This document shows positions 1-9,619 of a stretch of 47,412 bases of DNA, in pieces; positions within the stretch are counted from its first letter, which is position 1, and each line of letters begins with the position of its first letter. A program made the position numbers and the translations under genes. The notes under the pieces were generated by a model, which ran no database searches, was not told the origin of the DNA, and was given only the letters and a program-made list of their open reading frames with translations. Source of the DNA: Pseudomonadota bacterium (GTDB lineage Bacteria; Bdellovibrionota_B; Oligoflexia; Oligoflexales; CAIYRB01); assembly GCA_031416315.1 (NCBI GenBank), contig JANOTL010000016.1, forward strand, positions 1 to 47,412, written 5' to 3'.

Positions 1-138
1 GAGCTTGTCGAGCTCGGCGCGCGGCGCGGCCTTCACGAGCTTGCCGTGATCCTTAAAGCTGAGGTCACCGTCCGCTGCAAGGGCGGAAGTCGAACTCAAG
101 AGGCAGACGAGCGCGAGCCGCTGAAATCGTGCGAGCAT
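1..138 (-). CDS. Exported protein, N-terminal part only (runs off the window start)
   Basis: Read by hand, not in the ORF track. ATG at 138 preceded by GGAGG; MLARFQRLALVCLLSSTSALAADGDLSFKDHGKLVK has a Sec signal peptide ending ALA; frame open to position 1. Confidence 0.7.
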   Translation of the reverse strand, partial: MLARFQRLALVCLLSSTSALAADGDLSFKDHGKLVKAAPRAELDKL

Positions 139-234
139 GGAGCCTCCGAAGCGTGAAAATCTCCAATAACGCAGCCACCTTGCGAAGTCGAGCCCAGGTT
201 CAAGCCCAGAGCCCTTCCGACCGAAAAGCTCAGC

Positions 235-1242
235 ATGGGCGCACCCAAACGACACATTGCCTCATTGTCCGGCGCCGAAAAGGCCGCCGTCCTCCTCCTC
301 GCGATCGGCGAGGAGCACGCTCCTGCCATCCTCGCCGCCATGCCGCGCGCCGAGGCACAACGCGTCGTCGTCGCGCTCGGGCGCCTCGGGCGCGTCGAGC
401 AAGACGTGGTCGACCAGGTTTTGCTCGAGCATTCCTCGCGCATCGGCCGCGCGCCGGATCGCGGCGTCACTGGCGACGCGCACGCCGCCAAAAGCCTCCT
501 CGGCAAAGCGCTCGGCGCCGGCGGTCTCGAGATCAAGCTCGACCTCGGCTCGCCCGCGCTGGAGGAGACGCTCGCCGGCGTGCTCCCGGTCGACCTGGCG
601 CGCCACCTCGCGCACGAGCATCCGCAGACCACGGCGCTCGTCCTCGCGCACCTGGATCCGAAGCGCTGCGGCGCGACCCTGAAGCTTCTGCCGCAAGCCC
701 TGCACACGGAGATCCTGACCCGGCTCGCGCGCCTCGAGGCCGTCGGCCCCGAGATCCTCCTCGAGCTCGCCGACACGCTGAAAACGGCGCTCGCGAAGAC
801 CCGGAGCGCCGGCGCCCGCAAAGGTGGCGCCGCTCCCGTCGCCGCCGCGCTCGCGAGCCTTCCGGACGCCGAGCGCAAGCGTGAGCTCGAGTCCCTGGAA
901 GAGCGCGACCCCGACCTCGCCGCCGAAGTCCGGGCGCTCATGTTCTCTTTCGAGGATTTGGCGCGCCTTACGGCCAAGGCCTTGATCGAGATCGTGGCGA
1001 AGACGCCGGAGGCTTCGCTCAAGCTCGCGCTTCGCGGCGTCGACGAGACGATGCTCGCGGCATTTTGCGGCGCGATGTCGAGCCGGCGCGCCGAGGCCTT
1101 GCGGGACGAGCTCGCGGGCGCCGCGAAGGCGAAGCTCGCGGACGTCGAGGTGGCGCGGCGGCAAATGGCCCAGCTCGCCCGCCAGCTCATCGACGAAGGC
1201 AAGATCCAAGGTCCTGAAGCGACGGACGATCCTTACGTTTGA
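235..1242 (+). CDS. fliG: Flagellar motor switch protein FliG (orphan paralog)
   Basis: LSGAEKAAVLLL N-terminus, EHPQT motif, MFSFEDL hinge, MSSRRAEALRDE torque helix; 335 aa. Confidence 0.9.
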   Translation: MGAPKRHIASLSGAEKAAVLLLAIGEEHAPAILAAMPRAEAQRVVVALGRLGRVEQDVVDQVLLEHSSRIGRAPDRGVTGDAHAAKSLLGKALGAGGLEIKLDLGSPALEETLAGVLPVDLARHLAHEHPQTTALVLAHLDPKRCGATLKLLPQALHTEILTRLARLEAVGPEILLELADTLKTALAKTRSAGARKGGAAPVAAALASLPDAERKRELESLEERDPDLAAEVRALMFSFEDLARLTAKALIEIVAKTPEASLKLALRGVDETMLAAFCGAMSSRRAEALRDELAGAAKAKLADVEVARRQMAQLARQLIDEGKIQGPEATDDPYV

Positions 1243-1267
1243 CAAAGGCGGGCGCCCCGGCGATTCT
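1239..1267 (+). promoter_or_regulatory. Candidate sigma70 promoter for the zrg-like operon
   Basis: Perfect TTGACA (1239-1244), 17-bp spacer, weak -10 GATTCT (1262-1267); about 90 bp upstream of ATG 1355. Confidence 0.4.
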
Positions 1268-1354
1268 GCCGGCATGGCGCGGACCCCACGGGGTCCAGTC
1301 CTTCGCCCACGCAGCTCTAGCCATTCCAAGCTTCTCAACGACGAGGGATTCTCG

Positions 1355-1888
1355 ATGATCCGGACGCAGTGGTTTCTCGCCGCAGCGGCCTTCGCCCTAT
1401 TGGCGGCGCCCGCAGCCTACGGCAAAGAGAAAAAGAAGAAGCAGCACGTCCACGACCACGGTCGCGGCGCGCTTTCGGTCGCCGCCGAGGACAAGACCTT
1501 GGCGTTCGACCTCGACACCCCGGCCGAATCGATCTTCGGCTTCGAGCACGCGGCGCGGACCGAGGCCGAGAAGAAGGCACTGGCCGAAGGGCTCGCGACT
1601 CTGCGCACGAAGGCGCTCGAGCTCTTTCAGATTCCGGCCGAGCTCGGCTGCAAGGTGACCGAGGCGACGGTCGAGACGGCCTTGGAGAAGGGGGGCGCCA
1701 CCGGCGGGCACGCGGACGTGCGCGGCGAATGGGACTTCACCTGCGACAAGCCGGTCTTTGGCACGAGCCTGAAGCTCGGCCTCTTGAAGGCATTTCCGCG
1801 GCTCAAAAAGCTCGACGTCCAAATCTTGAGCGGCGCCAAGCAGCTCAAGAAAGAGGTGAAGTCCGCAGACGAGGCGCTGGCGCTTTGA
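1355..1888 (+). CDS. DUF2796 / ZrgA-like periplasmic metal (zinc)-binding protein
   Basis: Signal peptide, HVHDHG, PAESIFGFEHAART, GHADV, two Cys. Start moved to ATG 1355, which follows GAGGG. Confidence 0.85.
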   Translation: MIRTQWFLAAAAFALLAAPAAYGKEKKKKQHVHDHGRGALSVAAEDKTLAFDLDTPAESIFGFEHAARTEAEKKALAEGLATLRTKALELFQIPAELGCKVTEATVETALEKGGATGGHADVRGEWDFTCDKPVFGTSLKLGLLKAFPRLKKLDVQILSGAKQLKKEVKSADEALAL

Positions 1889-2586
1889 GCACCGCGGCCG
1901 TCGAGGTCAAAGACCTCAAGTTCGCCTACGGCAAAGGCCCGACGGTGCTCGACGTGCCCGCGCTCGAGATCGCGCGCGGCGAGCGCGTGTTTCTGCACGG
2001 TCCGAGCGGCAGCGGCAAGACCACCTTGCTCGGCATTCTCGCCGGCATCGTGGCGCCGCGGTCGGGGAGCGTGAAGATCCTGGGACGCGACTTCGGCTCG
2101 ATGACCGGCACGGCACGCGACCGCTTTCGGGGCGCGCATGTCGGCTACGTCTTCCAGATGTTCAACTTGATTCCTTACCTCGACGTGCGCGCCAACATCC
2201 AGCTGCCGCTCGGCATCAGCAAGGAGCGCGCCGCGCGCGTGAAGGGCTCGCCCGACGAGGAAGCGCGGCTTCTGGCCGCCCACCTCGGCATCGAGGCCTT
2301 TCTCGACCGCCCGGTGACCGAGCTCAGCGTTGGCCAGCAGCAGCGGGTCGCCGCGGCTCGCGCGCTGATCGGCTCGCCCGAGCTGATCATCGCCGACGAG
2401 CCGACCTCGGCGCTCGACACCGATCGGCGCGAGGCGTTCCTGAAGGTCCTGTTCGCCGAGGCGGAGCGTACTGGCTCGAGCATCTTATTCGTGAGCCACG
2501 ACCACACCCTGAAGCCTTTGTTCCCGCGCGTGATCTCGCTCGGGGACGTGAATCGCGCGGCGCAGCCGGCGGGGAGCGCCAACTGA
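1885..2586 (+). CDS. ABC transporter ATP-binding protein (LolD/ZrgB-like)
   Basis: Walker A GPSGSGKT, signature LSVGQQQRV, Walker B IIADEPT, H-loop VSHD. TTG start overlaps the upstream TGA. Confidence 0.9.
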   Translation: MSTAAVEVKDLKFAYGKGPTVLDVPALEIARGERVFLHGPSGSGKTTLLGILAGIVAPRSGSVKILGRDFGSMTGTARDRFRGAHVGYVFQMFNLIPYLDVRANIQLPLGISKERAARVKGSPDEEARLLAAHLGIEAFLDRPVTELSVGQQQRVAAARALIGSPELIIADEPTSALDTDRREAFLKVLFAEAERTGSSILFVSHDHTLKPLFPRVISLGDVNRAAQPAGSAN

Positions 2587-3851
2587 TGCTGACCTTGCGC
2601 CTCGCCTTTCTCTCGCTGTTCAATCGCCGGCTCACCAGCTTTCTGACCTTGCTCTCGGTCGCGCTCAGCGTCGCGCTCCTGATCGGCGTCGAGCGCGTGC
2701 GGCAAGGCGCGCGCGAAAGCTTCGCCAATACGATCTCGCAGACCGACCTGATCGTCGGCGCGAAAGGCGGCACGATTCAGCTCTTACTCTACGCCGTCTT
2801 CCGCATGGGCAGCGCCACCGCGAACATCTCCTACGACACGTACCAGAAGCTTGCGGCGGATCCCGACGTGGCGTGGACGATCCCCTACTCCCTCGGCGAC
2901 AGCCACCGCGGTTTTCGCGTCGTCGGCACGACCAAGGACTTCTACGAGCGCTATCGCTACCGCAGAGACAAAAAGCCGGAGTTCGCGCCCGGCGGCAAGG
3001 CTCCCGCCGGCTACTTCGACGTCGCCTTGGGCGCGGACGTCGCCGACCGGCTCGGCTACAAGCTCGGCGACCGCATCATCCTCGCGCACGGGGTCGCCGA
3101 CTACACCATCCAGAAGCACGACGATAAACCGTTCACGGTCGTCGGCATCCTGGAGAAGACCGCGACGCCCATCGACCGCTCGGTCTACATCACGCTCGAG
3201 GGCATGGAGGCGATCCATGTCGACTGGGGCGACGGCGCGCCACCGATGCCTGGGCAAGAAGTCTCGGCCGAGACGCTCTTGCAGCGCGAGCTGAAGATCG
3301 GCGCGATCACCGCCTTTCTCCTCGGCGCCAAGACGCGGATGGACACGCTCAAGCTCCAACGCATGATCAATGAGTATGAGGACGAGCCGCTCATGGCGGT
3401 GATTCCCGGCGTGGCGCTGAGTGAGCTCTGGGACGGACTTTCTTATGCCGAGGACGGGCTTCGCGTCGTGTCACTTTTCGTCGTGGTCGTCGGGCTCTTG
3501 GGCATGCTCGTGTCGATCTACAACTCCCTGAACGAAAGACGACGCGAGATGGCGATCTTGCGCTCCGTGGGCGCGGGTCCGCGCCTCATCTTCACCTTGA
3601 TGATCGCGGAGTCCCTCCTTCTCACCGTCGCCGGCGCGGCCCTCGGCGTCGTCGCGATGTATGCTCTGCTGGCGGTCGCCCAGCCGATCGTGGAAAAGCA
3701 ATTCGGGCTCTTCATCCCGATCAGCGGCTTGAGCGTCGAGGAGTACGTTTATCTAGCCGTGATCTTCGTGCTAGGCTTGGCCCTCGGGGCGGTTCCCGCT
3801 GGTCGCGCGTATCGCAATACGCTGCATGACGGCCTAACCATCCGACTTTAG
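2586..3851 (+). CDS. ABC transporter permease, MacB/FtsX family (ZrgC-like)
   Basis: N-terminal TM helix, large periplasmic domain with SLGDSHRGFRVVGT, ERRREMAILRSVGA motif, three C-terminal TMs; coupled by TGATG. Confidence 0.9.
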   Translation: MLTLRLAFLSLFNRRLTSFLTLLSVALSVALLIGVERVRQGARESFANTISQTDLIVGAKGGTIQLLLYAVFRMGSATANISYDTYQKLAADPDVAWTIPYSLGDSHRGFRVVGTTKDFYERYRYRRDKKPEFAPGGKAPAGYFDVALGADVADRLGYKLGDRIILAHGVADYTIQKHDDKPFTVVGILEKTATPIDRSVYITLEGMEAIHVDWGDGAPPMPGQEVSAETLLQRELKIGAITAFLLGAKTRMDTLKLQRMINEYEDEPLMAVIPGVALSELWDGLSYAEDGLRVVSLFVVVVGLLGMLVSIYNSLNERRREMAILRSVGAGPRLIFTLMIAESLLLTVAGAALGVVAMYALLAVAQPIVEKQFGLFIPISGLSVEEYVYLAVIFVLGLALGAVPAGRAYRNTLHDGLTIRL

Positions 3852-3866
3852 TGCAATGAGGACCTC

Positions 3867-4376
3867 GTGAAGACCATCGGCAAAATCGCGCTGATCGGCG
3901 GCCTGACCCTGTTGCCGGTCGTCGCGGTGGTGGTTTACGGCCTCAGCAAGGGCACTGAGGGCGGTGGCACGACCACGACCGCCCCGGGCGACTACAAGGA
4001 GATCGACTGGCGGCTCTTGCGCAACCTGGATTTGCAGACCGGGGAGAAGCCGCCCGAGCTCGCGGCGCTCGACGGGAAGCCGGTGAAGATTCCGGGCTTC
4101 GTCGTGCCGCTCGACGACGACCAAGCAAGCTTCTCCGAGTTCCTCCTCGTACCGACCCCACAAGCCTGCATCCACGTGCCGCCGCCCCCCGCCAACCAGA
4201 TGATCATGGTGCGCATGAAGAGCGGCCAGGCGCCGCAGCGCTCCTGGGGACCAGTGTGGATCAAGGGCACGATCAACATCGCGACCATGGACAGCCAGTA
4301 CGGCAAGATCTCCTACATGATGCGCGGCGAGGTCGCCGAGGCCTATAAGCTCGACGATCCGGGACCCGAGCGCTAA
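3867..4376 (+). CDS. DUF3299 domain protein (ZrgD-like)
   Basis: VKIPGFVVPL and EFLLVP...ACIHVPPPPANQ motifs; N-terminal membrane anchor. Confidence 0.85.
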   Translation: MKTIGKIALIGGLTLLPVVAVVVYGLSKGTEGGGTTTTAPGDYKEIDWRLLRNLDLQTGEKPPELAALDGKPVKIPGFVVPLDDDQASFSEFLLVPTPQACIHVPPPPANQMIMVRMKSGQAPQRSWGPVWIKGTINIATMDSQYGKISYMMRGEVAEAYKLDDPGPER

Positions 4377-5011
4377 TGCTTCATTTGAAAGAGCATCTCG
4401 CCGGCAAGAGCCACGTCGTCTGGGATTGGAACGGGACTTTGCTCGACGACCTGGACGTCTGCGTCGAGATCGTCTCGGCCGTGGCCGAGCGGCACGTGGG
4501 GAAGAAGCTGACGCGCGAAGCCTATCTCGCGGGTTTCCGGTTTCCGGTGCGCGAATGGTATCGCGACATGGGCTTCGACTTCGACCGCGTGAGCTTCGAG
4601 GAGCTGTCGGTCGACTTCGTGGCGAGCTACGTCGCCAAGGCTCCGGGGCTCGCCCTGTTCGCGGGCGTGCGTGAGCTGCTGCAGGAGCTGCAAGAAAGCG
4701 GCATTCGCTGCTCGATTCTGACGGCGGCGCATCAGTCCGTCGTCGACCAGATGCTGGCTCACTTCGGCATCCGCGATTTTTTCCACGAGGTCTACGGCCT
4801 CGGCGACCACCATGCGACGAGCAAGGTGGAGCGCGGCCGCCAGCTGCTCGCGCAGCTCGGCGTTCCGCGCGAGGAGCTGGTCCTAGTCGGTGACACCGAC
4901 CACGATCTGGAAGTGGCGCGCGATCTCGGAATCGACGCGGTCCTGCTCGAGGGCGGGCATCAATGTGGAACGCGGCTTCGGCAGCTGCACCATGCGGTGA
5001 TCGCGCGGTGA
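4376..5011 (+). CDS. HAD-family hydrolase (phosphatase)
   Basis: Motif I WDWNGTLLDD, motif IV VGDTDHD; coupled by TAATG. Confidence 0.85.
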   Translation: MLHLKEHLAGKSHVVWDWNGTLLDDLDVCVEIVSAVAERHVGKKLTREAYLAGFRFPVREWYRDMGFDFDRVSFEELSVDFVASYVAKAPGLALFAGVRELLQELQESGIRCSILTAAHQSVVDQMLAHFGIRDFFHEVYGLGDHHATSKVERGRQLLAQLGVPREELVLVGDTDHDLEVARDLGIDAVLLEGGHQCGTRLRQLHHAVIAR

Positions 5012-5180
5012 GGCGCGACGTCCGGCCCGCGAGATCGAGACCAACCGCTTGACGACCAAAAGGCGGCCATCCTCTGGGTGGGCCTGCTTTCTGCAATCAC
5101 GAAGAGGCCGCTGCCGTCTCCGACATTGGCCTCATTGCCCTACATTTCGTGCTTGAATGCCGCGCGGTCGAGGCGCAATC

Positions 5181-6326
5181 TCAGTCTTCGCCCCACCAAT
5201 CGCCGAACGAGCGACTGCTTTGCAACGCCGGGAGGACGGCTTCCCCGACCGTTCCGAGAAAATCCTGCGTTTCTGCAGTATACATCTCGGCGCCGAGCAT
5301 ATCGCCATGCAAGTAGAATGGCTTGCTCCAGCCTTCCACGCTCGAGAAGAGGTACGGCGCCTCGTTAGTTGAATGCCCCACTAGGTTGGTGGCGAGCGTC
5401 TGGTCCGGCGGGAATACTGTCTGCCGAGGATTCAAGAAGATACGTACGAGATTGAAGGATCCTGAAGAGCGCAATCCCGCGCGCGGTGCCAGCGTGCCGA
5501 GCACGACGGGCGCCGAGTTACCTAGCAGCTGTTTCCCCAGAACTCGATAAGTCCGTTCGAGACCTTCAACGGGCTGGAAGATCAGGCAGGCGAAGTCGGC
5601 GTCGGAACTGATACTGCTCTGGCCTGCAAAAACTCGGCTACGTGCAGCCATCGAGCAGTTGCGGGGGAACAGCGGGGAACGCACGAAATCGGGGATTTCG
5701 GGATGCCGCACCCACCCACCGCCTTTCAACCAAGCCTCCGGGCCGCCTTCGTCCATCAAAGTTTTCGCGATGTGCGGCAAACCGAAGACATGGCCCATCT
5801 CGTGCGCGAAGACTCGCTCTAGTTTTCCGTCATCAGACCAAGCCGGGCGCGAACGGTCGTCTCGGTCGCCCGCGACGTAGATGAACCCCTTGCCGCGCAG
5901 ATTCACCTCGTCATACTCAGTGCGCACTGCGACGGCCGCGAAGAACGGCAAGCGATCTCCGAAGTAGCCCCGCTCCGCCGCGTCCAGGCTCCCGGCGCCG
6001 ACCTTCAACTTCAGATCAACCGCGGCACCGCCGTCGCAGGCAACCTTTGCGAAACGTTGCGTCACGAGAGGCGCCGTCACCCACTGGCTCTCAGTAAGCT
6101 GCGACCGCCAAAACACCAATGCGCTTTGGAACGCTCGATCGATCCGCTCTTCCGGGACGGAAACCGACGCCGCATCGACGACGACGCAATAGTTGACGTC
6201 GCTGGTGTTGTGCACCCACCACGGGTTCTCGGCGTCGCTTAGGATGCGACCGCCGGAACTAGTCCATCCGGCGAACGCCGTGCCGGCGGCGAGGGTCGCC
6301 GTCGCTAGACAAAATATGGTTTTCAT
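5181..6326 (-). CDS. Secreted zinc metalloprotease, metzincin/matrixin-like
   Basis: Signal peptide ending AFA; HEMGHVFGLPH matches HExxHxxGxxH, followed by a Met-turn candidate (TLM). Confidence 0.75.
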   Translation of the reverse strand: MKTIFCLATATLAAGTAFAGWTSSGGRILSDAENPWWVHNTSDVNYCVVVDAASVSVPEERIDRAFQSALVFWRSQLTESQWVTAPLVTQRFAKVACDGGAAVDLKLKVGAGSLDAAERGYFGDRLPFFAAVAVRTEYDEVNLRGKGFIYVAGDRDDRSRPAWSDDGKLERVFAHEMGHVFGLPHIAKTLMDEGGPEAWLKGGGWVRHPEIPDFVRSPLFPRNCSMAARSRVFAGQSSISSDADFACLIFQPVEGLERTYRVLGKQLLGNSAPVVLGTLAPRAGLRSSGSFNLVRIFLNPRQTVFPPDQTLATNLVGHSTNEAPYLFSSVEGWSKPFYLHGDMLGAEMYTAETQDFLGTVGEAVLPALQSSRSFGDWWGED

Positions 6327-6453
6327 TGATTCACCTTTTAGTCGTTAGTTTTCACTACGCCACCGGGCCCGTGGGTGAACTTCAGACTAGCCACCCTCAG
6401 TCAATTGTTCTATTTATTGTTTCCACAACCTTCTCGATTTAGTTTCTAACTTT

Positions 6454-7314
6454 ATGAACAGTCAAGTGTCCAAAGTTGACGAGCTTTTCGACCATTCCGA
6501 TTACCGCGCTGCCTTGCGCGCGGAGCTTCTCGCCAAGAAAGCGGCGCTCCCGAACCGGTACTCGTTCCAGCGCCTCGCGGACGCCTGCAAGGTCCAAAAG
6601 ACCTATCTTTCGACGGCGCTCGCCGGGAAAGGCCACCTGAGCCGCGATCAGCTCTTCCTCGCGGCCGAATTTCTCGGTCTCGCCGGGGCGGCGCTCGACT
6701 ACCTCGAGCTCCTTTACGAATTTCAACGCTCGTCCTCTACGGCGCGTCGTCGCCGTCTCGAAACCCAACTTGACCGCCTACGTCGCGCCGCGCGCCGCAC
6801 CGAGCATCATGTCGACGCGGACATCATCAACGCCGACACCGCCGACCTCAGCGCCTATTACCTCGATCCGATCGTGCCCATCGTCCATATGTTCGTCACC
6901 ATCCCGCGCTTCGCCGCCGATTCACGCTCGATCGCCGCCGCGCTGCGCATGGGCGAAGAGCGAATAAACCGCGCCCTTGAGATCTTGCTGCGCCTAAAGA
7001 TCGCAGCCTTCGAGAACGGCGCCTTCCGTTCGCGGCGGGACAGCTTGCACTTGCCAGAATCCTCGCCTGTCTATGCGTCGCATCGCACGCTCCTGCGCAT
7101 GGCCGCGCTCGACCGCCAGCAACAGCTCGGACCCGACGACAGCTACGGCTTCTCGGCCATTTTTTCGTCCAACGAGGCCGTGCGAAACAACCTGAGGAAA
7201 AAGATTCTCGCGCTGATAAACCACGCGCAGACCGCAGTCGCCAAAGGCGATGAAGAAGAAATTTATCAACTTAACATCGACCTTTTCGCGTGGAGCCGCG
7301 GCCTCGTGCAGTGA
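6454..7314 (+). CDS. TIGR02147 family protein (N-terminal HTH + DUF4423), putative regulator
   Basis: DYRAAL...YSFQRLA...TYLS..L.GK.HLS HTH-like N-terminus and C-terminal IYQLNIDLF motif; 286 aa. Confidence 0.8.
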   Translation: MNSQVSKVDELFDHSDYRAALRAELLAKKAALPNRYSFQRLADACKVQKTYLSTALAGKGHLSRDQLFLAAEFLGLAGAALDYLELLYEFQRSSSTARRRRLETQLDRLRRAARRTEHHVDADIINADTADLSAYYLDPIVPIVHMFVTIPRFAADSRSIAAALRMGEERINRALEILLRLKIAAFENGAFRSRRDSLHLPESSPVYASHRTLLRMAALDRQQQLGPDDSYGFSAIFSSNEAVRNNLRKKILALINHAQTAVAKGDEEEIYQLNIDLFAWSRGLVQ

Positions 7315-7397
7315 TTTCCACTGGAATCTTGCGCCTTTCGAGAGTCGCGCAGCGCCGGCAGCGAATCATGCCGACGGGTCGACGCATTCCGGATAGG

Positions 7398-8792
7398 TTA
7401 CGGCGCGCTCGCGCTCAAAGTCGCCTTGGCCCTAGCGAGCGCGTCGCGCACGCTCGCGGGGGCGGTCCCGCCCAGGACCCGGCGCGCCGCGAGGACGGCC
7501 TCGAGCGTCGTCGCCTCGGCCGCGCCGGAGAGCGAGGGGTGGAAGGCGGCGTAGTCCTCTTCACTCAATGTTTCAAGGTCTTTGCCGACCCGTAGGGCCA
7601 TCAGGACGAGCTCACCGGTGAGCGTATGCGCTTCCCGGAAAGGCATGCCGGTGCGCACGAGGCGGTCGGCGATGTCGGTCGCGGCGAGGAAGCCTCTGCG
7701 CGCTTCGCGCTCGGCGCGATCGTAGTGGATCGTCAACGTGTCGATGACGCCCGCCATGATCGCAAGGCTAGCGCGCGTCGTCTCGACGGCGTCTAGGACG
7801 GTGGCTTTGTCTTCCTGGAGGTCCTTGTTGTAGCCGGAAGGGAGCCCCTTCATCAAACACAGCAGCGCCGTTTGATGGCCGACGAGGCGGGAAGCTTTGC
7901 CGCGGATCAGCTCGAGCGCGTCCGGGTTCTTCTTCTGCGGCATCAGCGACGATCCGGTCGAGTACGCGTCGGCCAAGCTGACGAAGCCAAACTCCTCGCT
8001 CGAGAAGAGGATCAAGTCCTCCGCGAGCCGCGACAGGTGCATCATGACGACCGCCAGCGTCTGCACGAGCTCGATGGCGAAGTCGCGATCGCTCGTCGCG
8101 TCCAGCGCGTTGCGCGTCGGCGCGGCGAAGCCCAGCGCGGTCGCAAGGCGCTCGCGGTCGATCGGATAGGCGGTGCCGGCGATCGCACCACTTCCGAGCG
8201 GGCAACGGTCCAAGCGCTCGAGACAGCCCGCGAGGCGCTCCGCGTCGCGTCCCAACATCTCGAAAAACGACAGAAATTGCTGAGCCCATAGCTGCGGCTG
8301 GGCGCGCTGCAAGTGCGTGTATCCGGGGAGCGCGTGGCTTTTGCTCGCCTCGGCTTTGGCGACGAGCGCGCGGCGCAGCGTCTGAAGACCGGTCGTGATC
8401 GCGGACGCCGCCGCCTTCAGGTGCAGGCGGAAATCCGTCGCGACCTGATCGTTGCGGCTACGGCCCGTGTGCAGTTTACCCGCGAGCGCCCCCACGTGGT
8501 GGCGCAGCTGCGATTCGACGTAGTCGTGCACGTCCTCGACGCCCTCGGCGATCGCCTTCGCCAGCCAATCGGGCGTCGCGCGCACGTGGGCGAGCACCGC
8601 GTCGAGACCGGCGGTCAACGCCGCGCCCTCGTCCGCGCTCAAGACGCCTGCGAACGTCAGCTCTTGGGCCCAAGCCTTGCTGCCAAAGACGTCGGCTTCG
8701 ATCAACGCCGCATCGACCGGAAGCGAGTTGTTGAAGCGCGCGAACTCGGCGTCGGGTCCACCCTCGAAACGGCCGCCCCAGAGACTGCTCAT
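7398..8792 (-). CDS. argH: Argininosuccinate lyase
   Basis: LWGGRF start, LHTGRSRNDQ, GYTHLQRAQP, GSSLMPQKKNPD. True start ATG 8792 overlaps the argB stop. Confidence 0.97.
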   Translation of the reverse strand: MSSLWGGRFEGGPDAEFARFNNSLPVDAALIEADVFGSKAWAQELTFAGVLSADEGAALTAGLDAVLAHVRATPDWLAKAIAEGVEDVHDYVESQLRHHVGALAGKLHTGRSRNDQVATDFRLHLKAAASAITTGLQTLRRALVAKAEASKSHALPGYTHLQRAQPQLWAQQFLSFFEMLGRDAERLAGCLERLDRCPLGSGAIAGTAYPIDRERLATALGFAAPTRNALDATSDRDFAIELVQTLAVVMMHLSRLAEDLILFSSEEFGFVSLADAYSTGSSLMPQKKNPDALELIRGKASRLVGHQTALLCLMKGLPSGYNKDLQEDKATVLDAVETTRASLAIMAGVIDTLTIHYDRAEREARRGFLAATDIADRLVRTGMPFREAHTLTGELVLMALRVGKDLETLSEEDYAAFHPSLSGAAEATTLEAVLAARRVLGGTAPASVRDALARAKATLSASAP

Positions 8793-9619
8793 GCGTGCAC
8801 CTCGAATGCTTTGCGGGTGATGGTCGTGCCGGCACCGGCCTTGGAGAAAGCCGCCGCGAGCGCCTGCGGCTTGCGGCCGTCGATGAGCTGCACCTTGTCC
8901 ACGCCGCGCTCCAGTGCCGCGAGGACGCCAGCCAGCTTCGGCAGCATGCCGGCGGTGGCGGCGCCGCTCGCAAGGAGGCGCCGGCAGCCGGCCAAATCGA
9001 GCTGCGGCACGAGCGTCGCCTCGTCTTTGGGGTCGAGGTAGACGCCCGTGGTGTCGGAAAGGCTTACGATGCGCTCCGCATGCAGTAGAATGGCGAGCTC
9101 GCTCGCGATCGTGTCGGCGTTGACGTTGAGCACGACGCCGTCGTCGTCGGCGCAAAGCGAGCTGAGCACCGGCACGGAGCCCCGCGCCACGAGCATCTCG
9201 ATCAAGCTCGGATCATCGCCGCGGACGTCGCCGACGAAGCCCCAGTCGATGGTCTCGCCTTCCGGCGTCACCGTCTCCGGCCGCCGCTTGGCGCGAAACG
9301 TGCGGCCGTCGACGCCGGACAGGCCGACCGCGCTGAGGCCGCGCGCGCGGAGCGCCGCGGTGAGGCGCATGTTGACGGCGCCGCCGAGGGTCATCATCGC
9401 CAGCTCGAGCGTACGCGCGCAGGTGATCCTTCGGCCGAAAGCCGTATGCTGCGGCACGTCGAGACGCGCCGCGAGCTCGTCGAGCTGGCGACCGCCGCCG
9501 TGGACCACGACCATGCGTCGACCTTGCGCGTGGAGTTGCGCGAGGTCTTCGGCGACGGAGGCCAAGGCCGCGCCCGAATCGCAGATCTTGCCGCTCAGCT
9601 TGACGACGACGAGGCTCAT
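8789..9619 (-). CDS. argB: N-acylglutamate kinase
   Basis: VVHGGG, GRRIT, LNVNADT, GMLPKL amino-acid kinase motifs; ATG 9619 overlaps the argF' stop. Confidence 0.93.
   Translation of the reverse strand: MSLVVVKLSGKICDSGAALASVAEDLAQLHAQGRRMVVVHGGGRQLDELAARLDVPQHTAFGRRITCARTLELAMMTLGGAVNMRLTAALRARGLSAVGLSGVDGRTFRAKRRPETVTPEGETIDWGFVGDVRGDDPSLIEMLVARGSVPVLSSLCADDDGVVLNVNADTIASELAILLHAERIVSLSDTTGVYLDPKDEATLVPQLDLAGCRRLLASGAATAGMLPKLAGVLAALERGVDKVQLIDGRKPQALAAAFSKAGAGTTITRKAFEVHA

Noticed and set aside
5012..7397. Lower-GC cassette as a mobile element
   Set aside because: No integrase, transposase, tRNA target or flanking direct repeats were seen.
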